63,907 nt of DNA, filler included, from Bigelowiella natans CCMP2755 (GCA_000320545.1; 4 parts of 4 records of this genome joined end to end with filler, not necessarily neighbours in it); one strand, 5' to 3'; shown: positions 11,277-22,614, counted from the whole stretch's first letter. Notes: generated by a model from the sequence alone, not told the origin. Program-made: numbers and translations.

Positions 11277-14255
11277 ATGTCGTCAAACAGAGGGCAAAAT
11301 CGTGCCCGAAACTGCTGGCAGGGGGAGGGAGCCTCTCAGACGGAGGACACCTCGAAAAACCCCTCTCCGAAGAAGATGCCGAATGTTGATGACCAAGCCC
11401 ATGACGTAAAGCAGAGGAAGGAGGACTCTAGGAATGGTACCGATGCTTTAGTGAAACGTGCCAGACTTCCCCCGATCGCTACCAGGCAAACAAGGGAAGG
11501 ATCACCCCCAACTCATGGTAACTCGGAGGGGGGTGGAAGCACAAAAGCCGACGGTCCTGGGTCATCAATCCGAAAGGAGGGAAGCCAGGTTAACATTCGT
11601 AACAGCACTGAGGAAAAGGAGGAGGGACGACAGAGGAACCGAGGGACGGCAGTGGAAGAGAACAGTATCAACAATTGTAATAGTGATAATACGACCCCCA
11701 GCAGGGAGTTGAGCAGAGAGTGGATCTGCCAAGCTTGCACGTCTCGAAACGCGCATAAAGCCCTTCAATGTAGCGTTTGCAAGACGCCTAAGGAAGACGA
11801 TGACGACCCACCGAACTTACAAGCTACCGTCAAGATGGCGCTACATAGTAGCACCTCATCAAAAGGTTACTCGGATGCATTCAAAGTCATGGATAAGGCC
11901 GGGAGTATTAATTCTCCCCGGGACGCAAAAGATGATTCATCAGTACCAAACAATGACCAGTACACATATAACGGCTCGACGAATTACAACTACAACTACG
12001 GCGAAAAAAGTCAAGCCGCACGCTCCGACGATTCCTCATTGTGAGTGACACACACACAGTCTCCCACGCCACCACCACCCACCCCAGCAGTAGAAAGTTT
12101 TTTTTAAGATGATGGTGTTGATGGTGAAATTGATGATGATCCTGATAATGGCAACGACATGAGCAAATGCTACTTGCCCTCCCTATCTCCTGTGCTATTC
12201 CCTACCGACTTTCATATCCGTGAGCACCACCTTGCTCACACCCATCGCCTGAGAAAACACTGTTGTGACTGTCACCGGCTTTTTCCTTAGAAACGTCGAT
12301 GCGGACACGAAGTTCCTCCTATCGCTAGGGCAGCGGTCACAGTTTGAGAAACTCGACGTCAAGGGGGTGCAGAGGTGGCTGCAAGTGGCCGTTCGGCACA
12401 AGCAAATCGGCCTTCCTGCCGATGTAGCAAAGGCGGCGTCCCCAGAGGAGATGTGCGGGCGGGACATCCTGACTGCTTCCGACGGCGCGCTGATGCAGAT
12501 GCTGGGGACGCTGGGTTAGGGTATGCGGCTGCGGGACGCGGTCCAAAAGACTTTCCAAATTGCTGCTAAGGGCTCAGTTGCTCGCTATCGCAAGGCCACT
12601 AAGGATCGGTACGCAACCACCTCCAAAACGATGACCCTGCTCATACGTGATGAAGTCGTATTTTCCATGATGAATGAGTGCCGATGCGTGTAGGCGTGCG
12701 AGCGTGCGTGCGCGCGCACATGCCTGCGCCCAATCTAATCTGGTGGCGTGACGCGTAGGTGGATGTTCTCGGAGGACGAGATAGAGATCTCGCGCAGGCT
12801 GGGGGAGGGCAATTTCGCCATGACGCACCTCGCGCGCATCAAGGACGACGGGCGGAGGGTCGCCCTGAAGATTCCCAACACGCGGATGAGCGACAGCGAG
12901 GCCCTCGAGGAGATGAAAGCCCTGCTGGAGATCGGAAGGCACAAGAATATCGTGACTTTCATCGGTTCGGTGACCATCAACGGCAACCCGTGCTGTGGTG
13001 TGATAAAGAAATGTAGGTAGATGGGCATGGTAAAGGCAGTCTCGACGCCGTGTTTAGGCGCTTTGAAAGCCGGGGCAATTTCCTAGAAGAAGTCGGCGGT
13101 CTCCCGTTGCTGCTCATGAGCGCAGGCGGCATATTGGGTATTCTTTTCCACAATTGCTTGTGACGATGCTACTTATACTATTACTACCACTACTATCGCT
13201 CCTCCTCCTCCTCCTCCTCCTCCTCCTGCTGCTGCTACTGCTGTATCAAAACTACCCCAGACATCAAGAAGATCGTCAAAGATGATTCGCAGCTGAAGCG
13301 TCTTCTGGGGAAGGATCCCTATGACTTCGCTCTGGAGAACAAAGATGAAGACGCCGTCAAGGTGGAAATAGCACTCAGCATTCTTGCTCCTAGAATTTCT
13401 CTCTCCCGCCGCTCGCTGCCTTGACGACGATGAGAGAAACAGCGATCAGCGCCCTTCTCGATGTCTTTATGTGTTTGCAAGTGCACGCATACTCGCAACC
13501 GACTAACAGGTGGCAGAGTCGCTCAGAGCTCACACCTCAAGCCAGGTGATGGAAATCCTGCAGAAGGCCTTACGGTACTTACTTAGTTAGCGGTTTGTTT
13601 GGAACAGAGCAGCGTCATCTCCCCACTGATGCATTACCTCCCAACCATGATGGGCCTCCCCACTCCCTCTCACGACAGGTTTCATCAGGCCGGCGTGGTG
13701 CGCGCGTTCATCGCCGAGGGGAAAGCAATGGACGTGCTGGCCGGCTCCGGGGTCCATACGCTCAGGACGATAGAGAGCGCGTTGGGGAGTGGACCTTCGG
13801 CGAAGGAGTCACTTCAGCCTGACCGACGCCCAATATACAACGCTGCCCTTGTTGGAGAACAAGGCCGCTGCAACCGAGACTGAATACAAAATGAGCATCT
13901 TGATACTCGATAGCTATCGGGGATTCAAAGATGGTGGAGTTCTTTATCGAGGAGCTCGGTGTCAAGGTGCTTGTCCGGCCAATGCCGTGGATGTAGCCGA
14001 GAGGCATGCTGCGTCTTCATGCGTCTGCGTGGATGAGAGGCTGTGTGCGTGGTGTGCGTGGTTGGCTGCCCGTGTCTACTGGCAGCAGTGGGGGGAGAGG
14101 GGAGGAAGCATGAATATACGAGCAGATGATGATTGAACAAGATGAGAACTTGTGGCTATGCGTAACATAAACACACACACACACACACACACACGCAGAG
14201 AGGGAGAGAAGGGGGGGGGCGATGGGGGAAGGAGGGAAACAGACACACCCGTTCA

Positions 14256-14296
<41 letters not shown>

Positions 14297-14326
14297 AAAA
14301 TGGGTCGGTGCGACCGGTTGATTAAA

Positions 14327-14366
<40 letters not shown>

Positions 14367-15490
14367 ACACACAAGGTTGAGTGAGTGTGTAGTCGCGTGT
14401 CCAGGGTGTTGGTGGTTGACGGTAGCTTCTGGTGCTGTCTTTGATGTGTGATCAACAAAGGTTCATGCCAGGGAGGATTACTGCCCAGGATTTGAGTTTC
14501 TCTGCTGTAGCATTCAAGCATGGTGTGGTTGTATAAATTGCAGGGAAACGCCGCTGAATACCCTTTGCTGCCTGTTCAGCTGGTTTCTATGGCCACTCTA
14601 CATGTGTACTATGGACCTTACGTTCTCGCTCGCCGGACGATGTTATTGCACCCTTGCGCACATCGACCGATGCCGCCGTTGGAACGTCGGCAACTTCGCT
14701 GCCCGCGACCGCTTGGAACTCGAGTCCTGTCGTGACAGTCAGTGTCCAGGGTGCGACTGGCACTTTACCGATGCCCTTCAGGCGGCCAACCACGACGTGA
14801 GCACACCCCTACGCACCGCCGCGCGTTTTAAGAACAAAACGATTGCCCTGCAGCTGATGCAGAGCGAGGGGGCGCATGTGGACTACCCGTCGGCAAGAAC
14901 ATCGAGCGTCCCTCGAGGCTCTCGAGCTTGATAAAGCAGTAGCGTGGCCTGTCAGGTGTTGCTGAGGGATGGAACACGCGTTCCACAGGCTCGGGTGCGA
15001 TTCGGACCAGTGCGGGATTTGCATTTGCTGCTGCAACTGCATGACGCTCGAGCTGGGACACCACTGGCCGTGCGCATGCTGTGCGTGCATGACAAACGTT
15101 TGCGTCAAGTGTGGCGAGCGCGGTATCTTTCCTGAATGCTGCTGCTACGCCGAAAGTGGGGGGAGGAAGACAACGACGGCAGCGATGGTGCGGAATAGGA
15201 AACAGGTGGCACCGTTTCCGTTGGAGCAGCAGCAAGGATTCGAGGAGAAGGAAAAGAAGAAGATAGCGCAATTTCCAGGCGAGGGCCAAAGCAAGTTGGG
15301 GAAAGGCTTCATCGATAAGAGCAGCAATGATGAAGGTGATGTTAAGCTTAAAGACGGAGGTAGTATAGGTGCTTGGATGAAGGAGGGGTTGCATTCTAAA
15401 AATGCCGAATACGCGAAGGGCCAGAAGCACAGTGGCATTGGCGCGACCAATAACCAAGCTGGACCGCACCAACACCACGACATGCGGTAG
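11277..15490 (+). pseudogene. Degraded RanBP2-ZnF / SAM / protein kinase (N-lobe only) / ankyrin / Cys-rich gene
   Basis: RanBP2 finger WICQACTSRNAHKALQCSVC. SAM-like VQRWLQ...MCGRDILTASDGALMQMLG with an in-frame TAG at 12517-12519 followed by GMRLRDAVQK. Kinase subdomains I-IV (LGEGNFAMT, VALK, EEMKAL, HKNIVTFIG) then a stop-containing insert. GSLD resumes in another frame and no HRD/DFG follows. Ankyrin-like STPLRTAARFKNKTIALQLM. Frameshifts near 13.8-13.9 kb and 14.9 kb. Confidence 0.75.
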
Positions 15491-16317
15491 CTTTGTGCGT
15501 TGATTGCCTATCAAAAATCAATTTAGCTGATGAAGTAGAGTTGATGAATTCCTAGTTCCATGAAAACTGAGGAAACTGTTCCTTCCATTTTTGTGCGTGA
15601 AACAATGATGTAGCGATTGATATGTGTTTAACTTGCCAATCGTCGTGAAGTGAAAGCAACGCTACAGCTGACAATGTAAAAACTACAGATTTGTCATTGA
15701 TTTGTGATGTCCATGCATTCAATGATGAGCTGCGCTACATGTGTGCATGAACGCACAACCCAATGTGTGAAGGCACACATCTGCATAGCAACAATGCTAG
15801 AATGGCAAAAGCATTTTCATGTTCTGTGCTTATGTAAGACGGATGTAATGAAGTGATTAAATCTTTTATAACTTACAATAGTCATCCTAATATAGCCATG
15901 CAAAGCAGCGGCTACAGCGCTTAGGTTGTGTCTATTTGTCTCGTCCATCATGCATGTTTCATGTATTTGAAAGCATCTGCAGCCTGTCGTCGTCGATGTC
16001 ATGCGCGGTGCACGCATGTACAAATGCATTATACCATCGCAGCTTTGCACATTTACATTGGCATGATGACCTATGAAAATTACAACTGCTGTTTTCGTCA
16101 CATCCGACTTTGCATCCGCACTGCTAGAATGGGGTTTGTTGCGTAGCGCCGCGAGCTCGGCCATTTTCGGTTCTCACTTGTTGAGGACAGCTAATAATTT
16201 GTAATGAAGCATTGCATTGGGAGCAGGTCTAGATCAAGAGATTTGTCTATCTGTGTGGCCGACGCCATGCTAGCATGGCAAGTAAAGCTTCACTCACGAC
16301 ACTTGAACTCACGCCAC

Positions 16318-17311
16318 TCATTCAAGGGATTTATTTTCGTTAAATCTTCCAATTCCTTCCTTTTTCCTCAACCATTCTCTTTTCTCTTCCTCTAATTTAG
16401 CTACCATGGATTCGAAAGTTTGAATTTCGTCATATAATTTGGACACGAACTGTTTTTCCGGGTTACTCCGACCACTTTCCATGGAGTCTCCACGCGTGAT
16501 CTCATCGGATTTTTTTTCTTTTTGTAGATCTGAGACAAGGATTGACTTTATCGTTCCTTCAGAATTTATTGGAGGCACAATGTACAGTCTCTTCTTCAGA
16601 GGAAAGAATCTTCTTGGGGTTGGCGAAGGACCTGATGTTTGACTTGGGTACTGGCATCGAGATGAGGGTGTGTAAGCGGAAGCGTGACGTGCTCTCCGGT
16701 GATCATTCGAGCCCAGTGAAGGCGATGAAGAATTAGTACGCATCTTACTTTTTTGGCGCCTTGAAGAAGGACTTGATTGGGGAGTGAAGAACGTCCTTCG
16801 AGATGATGGTCTAATATGATTAGCATGATGTATTCTAGAGCTTTTCATTGCACGGTATATGTGTCTTGATTCAATTTTCGGAGTAGGCGTTGAAGTTTGT
16901 TTAGTCTCGTTCTTATCTGGATGACCAATCGAAGGGTAACGTACTGTTCGTTGATTATGCGAGCCTAGTGACGGCAATGAACTATAACTCCGTCGATTAT
17001 ACGAGCCTAGTGAAGGTGAAGTACGCATCATTCCTTTTTTTTTCCTTCGGGAAGACAATGGCAGACTCCGTCTGAGCAGAGATGATCCCGGATCCTGCGA
17101 GAGACTGGTAATCCTGAAAATATAGCACATTACACCGGTTCTTCGCGCGCATCACGCTACTCCACCACAGCTGCTTAAAAATTACATGGTAATGTACAAA
17201 ATCCCCACCCTCCTTCCTACTTTACCGTTCCAATGGCGGTATCATCACTGGAACGGTAGTGCTCCGCACTATTCTCCTCGAAGTAGAAGACGTTTCGGAC
17301 TGCTCCTCCAT
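16318..17311 (-). CDS. Hypothetical Ser/Arg/Pro-rich protein with three PSLGS repeats and a C-terminal coiled coil
   Basis: 270-aa ORF 16318-17130. Likely first exon MEEQSETSS...PPLER with donor gtaaag at ~17224, spliced in frame to ttttcag|GATTACC at ~17113. Confidence 0.55.
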
Positions 17312-18590
17312 TTCAGCGAGCCCACTGCGTGGAAAGATGCAACGCAACAGCAGGCAGGGGCTTGGGGTTGCGATGTCTGCGAGTAATCAATCAATCGTCG
17401 GACGGACTACCATCAGTAACGGCAATTTGGTGAAGGATTTGATGCTTGATGTGCCATCATCCATCACCCCAAGTTAGATCTGAGCAATGAACGATACAAG
17501 GGAAAATCACCTTAAAAAATGGGAAATGAGCAGTGGGCATTTTAGGCATTGGGTCTTACTCGTAGGTATGATGTCGCACATGATAAATAGAGGCCGTTTG
17601 GCAGAGAGTTTGTCGCACTCGATGAATACCATGCCCATCTACCTACATTTCTTTATCACACCACATCACACTTAAAGTTAAAACTCACTCTTAGCACAAC
17701 TATTTACCTACATTAATAATAATATCTTGCCACCATTACATCTATCCAAACACCAAAAATTTGAACACCAATAACCCCTGATAACAAATAATAACCCATT
17801 CGAATCAGTCTATGACTCACCCAATCTGCCGCAAGAATCCAAAAACTATCCCCACCCCACTCTCTAGTCACGTCACGTCACCTTTGAAGCTATCCAGCCA
17901 TCAGACTACTTATGACCCACCTTTCCCAACAAATAAAAAAAAAACAAGGCCAATTTCTAAATTACTTGCATCTGCTGGTTCAATATATTAAAAGCGACCT
18001 CCAATAAAATTCCGAAATACCCTAAATACCCTCCATTCAATCTTTCCTATTCTCCTTCCTTGAAATTTATACCGAAATCCATCTCCCTGATAAAACCTTA
18101 CGACAACAAAAACCAACAATTTTCCTCATAAATTGCACACCTTACATACCTATCATTAAATTTACCAACATAAAAGCTTCAAACCTAAAAAATGGACGCC
18201 TCAAACCTAAAAGTAAAAAGAAAAAAGTTCATTAACTACAAGTCAAAAATTTTGCTATGTTCTGCCATACAATTTTTGACTTTCGCAATGTCCGTTATCC
18301 CCCCCCCCCCCCTCAATGCACCCAACGTTGAACGTTGAATGATCTTCTGATAAAGGTCGACAAGATAGTTGGTGAAAAGTGCTCAAATCGGGACCTAAAA
18401 TTTTGTTTTCAATGTCAATACCGTTAGTGTCAATTGTGTCTGAACACCCACTCTCCACTCTCCATCTTTTGGTCACAGGACAAACACCGAACATTGATGA
18501 GCTGATGAGGTCACCAACATTCATACAAACAAACAGACAAATATTACTGTGTGCGAATATACGTGCGCATCGGAGATGGAGGGTACAGGA

Positions 18591-18638
<48 letters not shown>

Positions 18639-19189
18639 TGGACACAGAGGATGGATAGATGGGGGGGGAACAGCTCTGAAGAGAGCCATTGCCGAGTACG
18701 ACATCTTATGTTAATTGCAGCTGAGTAAGGATGGGGAAATAAATAGTTGTAGCAGTAATTGTATTCTATCGAGAGCATTTTGACATTCTGCTTGCTGCTG
18801 ATTATGATACAAAATTTAACTCATCGCATTTATTCGTTTTTCTAGGAGTGTGGCATCCAGCGGTGGAGAGATGAAAATAGGGTCGAATACACTGCCTTCT
18901 CCTGGGAGGGTATGTGATTCTGTGTGTTTGTACGAGTCGGGAAGATCCAACCATGAATAATAGATACAGCAACAGACTGGCACTCAATACAAACCATACT
19001 ATTATTTTTCCTCTCGATATTCGCACACGCAGTCACACGTACACTATGCCGGAGGGAGAGAGATTATCAACCCAACTAAAAAGACCTAACGACACCACTT
19101 TCCACATGATCACATTCTGCGAAACCTACACAAATTAGGTTCAAGACTTCTATCCCATTACTAAGGCGGAGGTCAAGCTCTCGAGGGAG

Positions 19190-21874
19190 ATGTTGGGGAA
19201 AATCCAAGTCTCCGTTGAGGATCTTGTCAAGGACCTATTTGTCTCCGTCAACACCAAAGATCTGTCCAAAATGAGGGTGGATTCAGTCAGTGCTCTTACT
19301 AAGGATGAGCTGTCTCTGGCGATGAATAAACTGAAGGACATTAACAACAGCGTGCATAGCTTGACTGAAATCATAGGCCGTATTCTGAACATAGTTAATG
19401 GAGCCAGTGAGCCTGAAGGAGAACGTAAGTCGAACGGGGACCTTGAAAATACATACGATGTACAGGAAGAGAGAAATAAAGATCAACGAATTCCACATCG
19501 CTTTACTTCAGCCATCAAAAAATGTGATTCACTGGACACTCTGAAGGACAACCAGCAATATGCAAATTGTGTACTGGACTCCAAACAACCCTCACATTCT
19601 GCCGCAAAAAAATATGATTCACTGTACATTCTGAACGACAGCCAGCTATATTCAAATTGTGTACCGGACTCCAAAAAACTCTCATGTTCCGCCACAGAAA
19701 AATGTGATGCACTGGACACTCTGAAGGACAACCAGCAATATGCAAATTGTGTACTGGACTCCAAACAACCCTCACATTCTGCCGCAAAAAAATATGATTC
19801 ACTGTACATTCTGAACGACAGCCAGCTATATTCAAATTGTGTACCGGACTCCAAAAAACTCTCATGTTCCGCCACAGAAAAATGTGATGCACTGGACACT
19901 CTGAAGGACAACCAGCAATATGCAAATTGTGCACCGGACACCAAATCTTCAAACCATGCTGAGAGTTTCGATGGGCGATTCATTTTTGACGAATCAAACA
20001 TCAAAGTGGTTAAAGAACTCGGAAGAGGAAATTTTGCGATGACTCATAGTGTTGTGCTGATGTCTAACGAAGAAAAGGGTGCCAGAGCAGCCTGGAAGGT
20101 TCTGAAGACTGATGACAAGGGGAATGAAGACATGGAAGAGTCCAAGAAGGAGACCATGTTTTTGATGATGGTAGCCGGCCAAGAAAACATCATGAGATTC
20201 ATCGGCATCACTCTCAATGTGAAAAAAGGAAATCTAGGTTTCCTCACTGAGTTGTGCGAAAGGGGGAGTCTGGACAAGCTCCATGATGCGTTCGATCTCC
20301 TAGAACCTGTTCGGTTCTGGAAAGTAGTGACTGGTGTCTTTGCTGGACTCATGCATCTTCATCTTTTCAAAGTGGTGCACAGGGATATTGCGTGCAGAAA
20401 CGTTCTCATCACCGGAGACTGGACTCCAAAATTGTCCGATTTTGGTCTATCAGTGCGTGTTCCGAACGGGCAACACGTAGGCAACGTGCATGACAAGCTT
20501 CCAGTGTTTTGGATGCCTCCTGAAGGTTTGTTGGAAAACGTTTTCACTTGCAAATCCGACGTGTGGGCAGCAGGCGTGATGGTTTGGGAGATTTTGTGGA
20601 AAGGAAAAACACCCTACATCGACCAGTGGATGGGAATCTCAAAGTCCAAAAACGTGACCATGCGCGAAGCAATGCATCACGTTCTTGGTGGGATCGTGTC
20701 AAAAGAACTCCAACTCCTTCCTCCTTCCAAGACTGCCCCAGAGTGTGCGAATTTGCTAAAGGCGTGCTTGGCGTTTTCTCCCAGGTTCCGTCCAGACGCG
20801 TTTGAAGTCCTTGAGCACTTCGTCCTTGGAGATTCCAAGGCCAACATTCGAGGAGGACTGCAATCCATCGAGGAGAGTGGGACCCATTTGATGAGGTCGG
20901 AAAAGTCCAGAAGAGCAAAATTCGCAACAATTTTGGGTGCGACACACAAAGTTGCGGACACCACCTCTTTGACGTTGAATGGAAAGGGTCTGTCTGAGCT
21001 TCCAGGCTTCCTCCTGATGGAGATGGGGAAGTTGACGAAGCTGGAAAGTTTGAGTTTGAAACAGAATCAGCTCACTTCGATTCCAGTGGACATCAGGAAG
21101 CTGAGGAAGCTGAAACACTTGCTTTTGACCGAGAACCACCTCACTTCGATTCCAGCGGAGATTGGGGGGCTGATGCAGCTGACGGAGTTGGACTTGAGTC
21201 AGAACAAACTCGTTTCGATTCCGGTGGAGATGTGGAAGCTGACGGAGCTGACTGAGTTGGACTTGAGTCAGAATCAGCTCACTTCAATTCCAGCGGAAGT
21301 TGGGAAGTTGACGGGGCTGACGCATTTGGACTTGAGTCGGAACCAGCTCACCTCTGTTCCGGCGGAGATTGGAAAATTGACAGAGCTGATTGAGTTGAGA
21401 GCGAGTCAGAACCAGCTCACTGCGGTTCCAGTGGAGATGTGGAAGCTGACGGAGCTGTTTGAGTTGGACTTGAGTCAGAATCATTTCACTTCAATTGCGG
21501 CGGAAGTTGGGAAGCTGACAGAGCTGAGGGAGTTGGACTTGAGTGAGAATCAGCTCACTTCAATTCCGGTGGAAGTTGGGAAGCTGACGGGACTGAGGGA
21601 GTTGAACTTGAGTCAGAACAAGCTCACCTCGATTCCGGTGGAAATTGGGAAGCTGTCGGAGCTGACGGAGTTGCAGCTGAATGAGAACCAGCTCACATCA
21701 GTTCCGGTGGAGATTGGGAAGCTGACCGAGCTGACGGAGTTGCGCTTGAATCACAACAAACTCTGCTCGATTCCGGCGGAGATTGAACAATTGTCAAATC
21801 TGAACCTTTGGTTGAATGACAACCCGTTGGACTCGGGTTCTGCTAGTTCTGTTGAGACGAAAAAACGTCATTAG
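19190..21874 (+). CDS. Cytoplasmic tyrosine-kinase-type protein kinase with upstream Tyr-containing 30-aa repeats and about 11 C-terminal LRRs
   Basis: Uninterrupted 894-aa ORF. LGRGNFA, AAWK, HRDIACRNVL, DFG, LPVFWMPPE and KSDVWAAG are all intact. 23-aa LRRs (LTELxELDLSxNQLTSIPxEIGK). Additional 5' exons are possible. Confidence 0.9.
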   Translation: MLGKIQVSVEDLVKDLFVSVNTKDLSKMRVDSVSALTKDELSLAMNKLKDINNSVHSLTEIIGRILNIVNGASEPEGERKSNGDLENTYDVQEERNKDQRIPHRFTSAIKKCDSLDTLKDNQQYANCVLDSKQPSHSAAKKYDSLYILNDSQLYSNCVPDSKKLSCSATEKCDALDTLKDNQQYANCVLDSKQPSHSAAKKYDSLYILNDSQLYSNCVPDSKKLSCSATEKCDALDTLKDNQQYANCAPDTKSSNHAESFDGRFIFDESNIKVVKELGRGNFAMTHSVVLMSNEEKGARAAWKVLKTDDKGNEDMEESKKETMFLMMVAGQENIMRFIGITLNVKKGNLGFLTELCERGSLDKLHDAFDLLEPVRFWKVVTGVFAGLMHLHLFKVVHRDIACRNVLITGDWTPKLSDFGLSVRVPNGQHVGNVHDKLPVFWMPPEGLLENVFTCKSDVWAAGVMVWEILWKGKTPYIDQWMGISKSKNVTMREAMHHVLGGIVSKELQLLPPSKTAPECANLLKACLAFSPRFRPDAFEVLEHFVLGDSKANIRGGLQSIEESGTHLMRSEKSRRAKFATILGATHKVADTTSLTLNGKGLSELPGFLLMEMGKLTKLESLSLKQNQLTSIPVDIRKLRKLKHLLLTENHLTSIPAEIGGLMQLTELDLSQNKLVSIPVEMWKLTELTELDLSQNQLTSIPAEVGKLTGLTHLDLSRNQLTSVPAEIGKLTELIELRASQNQLTAVPVEMWKLTELFELDLSQNHFTSIAAEVGKLTELRELDLSENQLTSIPVEVGKLTGLRELNLSQNKLTSIPVEIGKLSELTELQLNENQLTSVPVEIGKLTELTELRLNHNKLCSIPAEIEQLSNLNLWLNDNPLDSGSASSVETKKRH
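19519..19945 (+). repeat. Coding tandem repeat: 90-bp units alternating A-B-A-B-A (180-bp higher-order unit)
   Basis: Lines 19561-19700 and 19741-19880 are identical. Encodes CDxLDTLKDNQQYANC / KYDSLYILNDSQLYSNC. Confidence 0.95.
21030..21830 (+). repeat. 69-bp LRR-coding tandem array (about 11.5 units)
   Basis: Recurrent gagttggacttgagtcagaa..cagctcacttc.attcc.g.gga with a 69-nt period. Confidence 0.9.
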
Positions 21875-22614
21875 TTGATCAATCTGCCACTTCGATTCCA
21901 TGAACACGCACGTGTTCCATTTGTTCGATCAATGTTCATTCAAAATTTGTGCACGCGGTGAGGATGAAGTTGTGGCTGTTTGGTCACACAACGCTAGAAC
22001 GGCTGCAGTCTCAGTCCACAGACAGAGTCACAGTGACGACTCACCGCGCGCGCCTCAACGACTGTGTAGCTGTGTTGCGCAGCAATGACATTCATCACGT
22101 GCAATGATTCAGCTGTGTGACTCGTGGTCATTGCTAGATTGTCAGATTGTTGGTTGGAAGTCTAGCAGTTCAGATGCGCCAGTCTAGCAATGCTCATTCC
22201 AGCATTCTAGCATCCTTGCATGGCTAGATTGCATGCGATGCCAGCAGACGGTGCGTGGTGTCGCAACGCAGCTGTCATGTGTGGCAATGCAGCAATGCGT
22301 GATGACACGTAGCGTTCTTTGCATGAACACCACGTACATCATCAGCATGCGCTCCATTGCTTAATAACTCGTGCGCTGTTCTTGCAGCGCGCAGGCTGCA
22401 GCTCCTTCACCACTTGTCTGCATGTGTCGCATCTGTATGCATGTACCTATCTGCATTTTTGCCGTGTCATACTAGCTCATCAACATGAATTTAGCCCCTA
22501 ATTTTGTGGAGAGTAAATGAACGTTCGGATGACTCTCCACTCTTACTTGTTCTCGTAGATGGCTTCGGTTAAACTTGTGCTCAGGAGCTCATAGCTATCT
22601 AGATGGCAAGCCGC

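Noticed and set aside
12517-12519. TAG readthrough or alternative genetic code in the SAM domain
   Set aside because: TAG terminates intact genes here (e.g. 21874 and 50404), and this locus has multiple frameshifts, so it is a pseudogene lesion.
12998-13020. Tiny 23-nt GT..AG intron that would restore the kinase frame (CCDGHGKGSLD)
   Set aside because: It would not restore the conserved hinge residues, the segment is an exact copy of distant DNA, and the gene has other lesions.
12994-17665. 4.7-kb DNA transposon bounded by 39-bp terminal inverted repeats
   Set aside because: No target-site duplication and no transposase. The kinase sequence (KGSLD) continues inside the left repeat rather than beyond the right one.
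19519-21830. CRISPR-like repeat-spacer array
   Set aside because: The repeats are in-frame coding units (90 and 69 bp) with no unique spacers, in a eukaryotic context.
3000-22600. Apparent ~6.4-kb periodicity of the CTAG islands
   Set aside because: It holds for the first four islands only (later spacings are about 3.5-7 kb) and is explained by gene-pair length.
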